Source of the DNA: Stegostoma tigrinum
Lineage: Eukaryota
Reading direction: 5' to 3'
Length of the DNA: 64,000 nucleotides
Assembly: GCF_030684315.1 (NCBI RefSeq)
Contig: NC_081362.1
Coordinates: forward strand, 61,717,744 to 61,781,743
The notes below the pieces were generated by a model. The model saw only the letters and a program-made list of their open reading frames with translations. It ran no database searches and was not told where the DNA came from. Below, piece after piece: positions 63,886-64,000 of this stretch (position 1 is its first letter; every line of letters starts with the position of its first letter). Made by a program: the position numbers and the translations under genes.

Positions 63886-64000
63886 TTAGCTGGTATATCC
63901 TGCAAAGGATTTTGAGTCAACTTTTAATAGTATTTGAAAATGATCTTTGTTGATTATAACACCATTAATACTATAATAATGATTACGCTACAAACTAACA

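Noticed and set aside
58634-64000. miR-194/miR-215(192) cluster, which I recall lying in this IARS2 intron region in human
   Set aside because: I found no match to either mature sequence on either strand by eye. It may lie beyond the window or be absent; a miRBase/Infernal search would settle it.

Overview
Vertebrate genomic DNA, most likely a shark (inferred from HE1-type V-SINEs, CR1/HER1-type LINEs and abundant Penelope-like elements). It carries three spliced housekeeping genes in the order known from human 1q41. (1) The 5' end of EPRS1 on the - strand (coding exons 1-4, 18552->932, continuing off the left edge). (2) A complete BPNT1 on the - strand (8 coding exons, 39557->23985, 930 nt = 309 aa + stop). 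(3) Head-to-head with BPNT1, the 5' part of mitochondrial IARS2 on the + strand (exons 1-11, 44377->58633, continuing off the right edge). Splice sites were read directly and all phases join. Most ORFs in the supplied track are spurious or retroelement relics. Most notable: minimal hammerhead-ribozyme motifs in at least four Penelope-like element (PLE) families, two with intact cores; long PLE-derived intronic hairpins with target-site duplications; a perfect ATF4 CARE in EPRS1 intron 1; a GC-AG intron in IARS2; an in-frame GTG in register with the mammalian IARS2 start; a G-quadruplex-type 49-bp minisatellite; an unexplained 75-bp inverted repeat pair; and a candidate solo LTR. I found no convincing wholly new gene system. 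Comparisons to human proteins are from memory, not from a search. Repeat boundaries are approximate unless a TSD is given.
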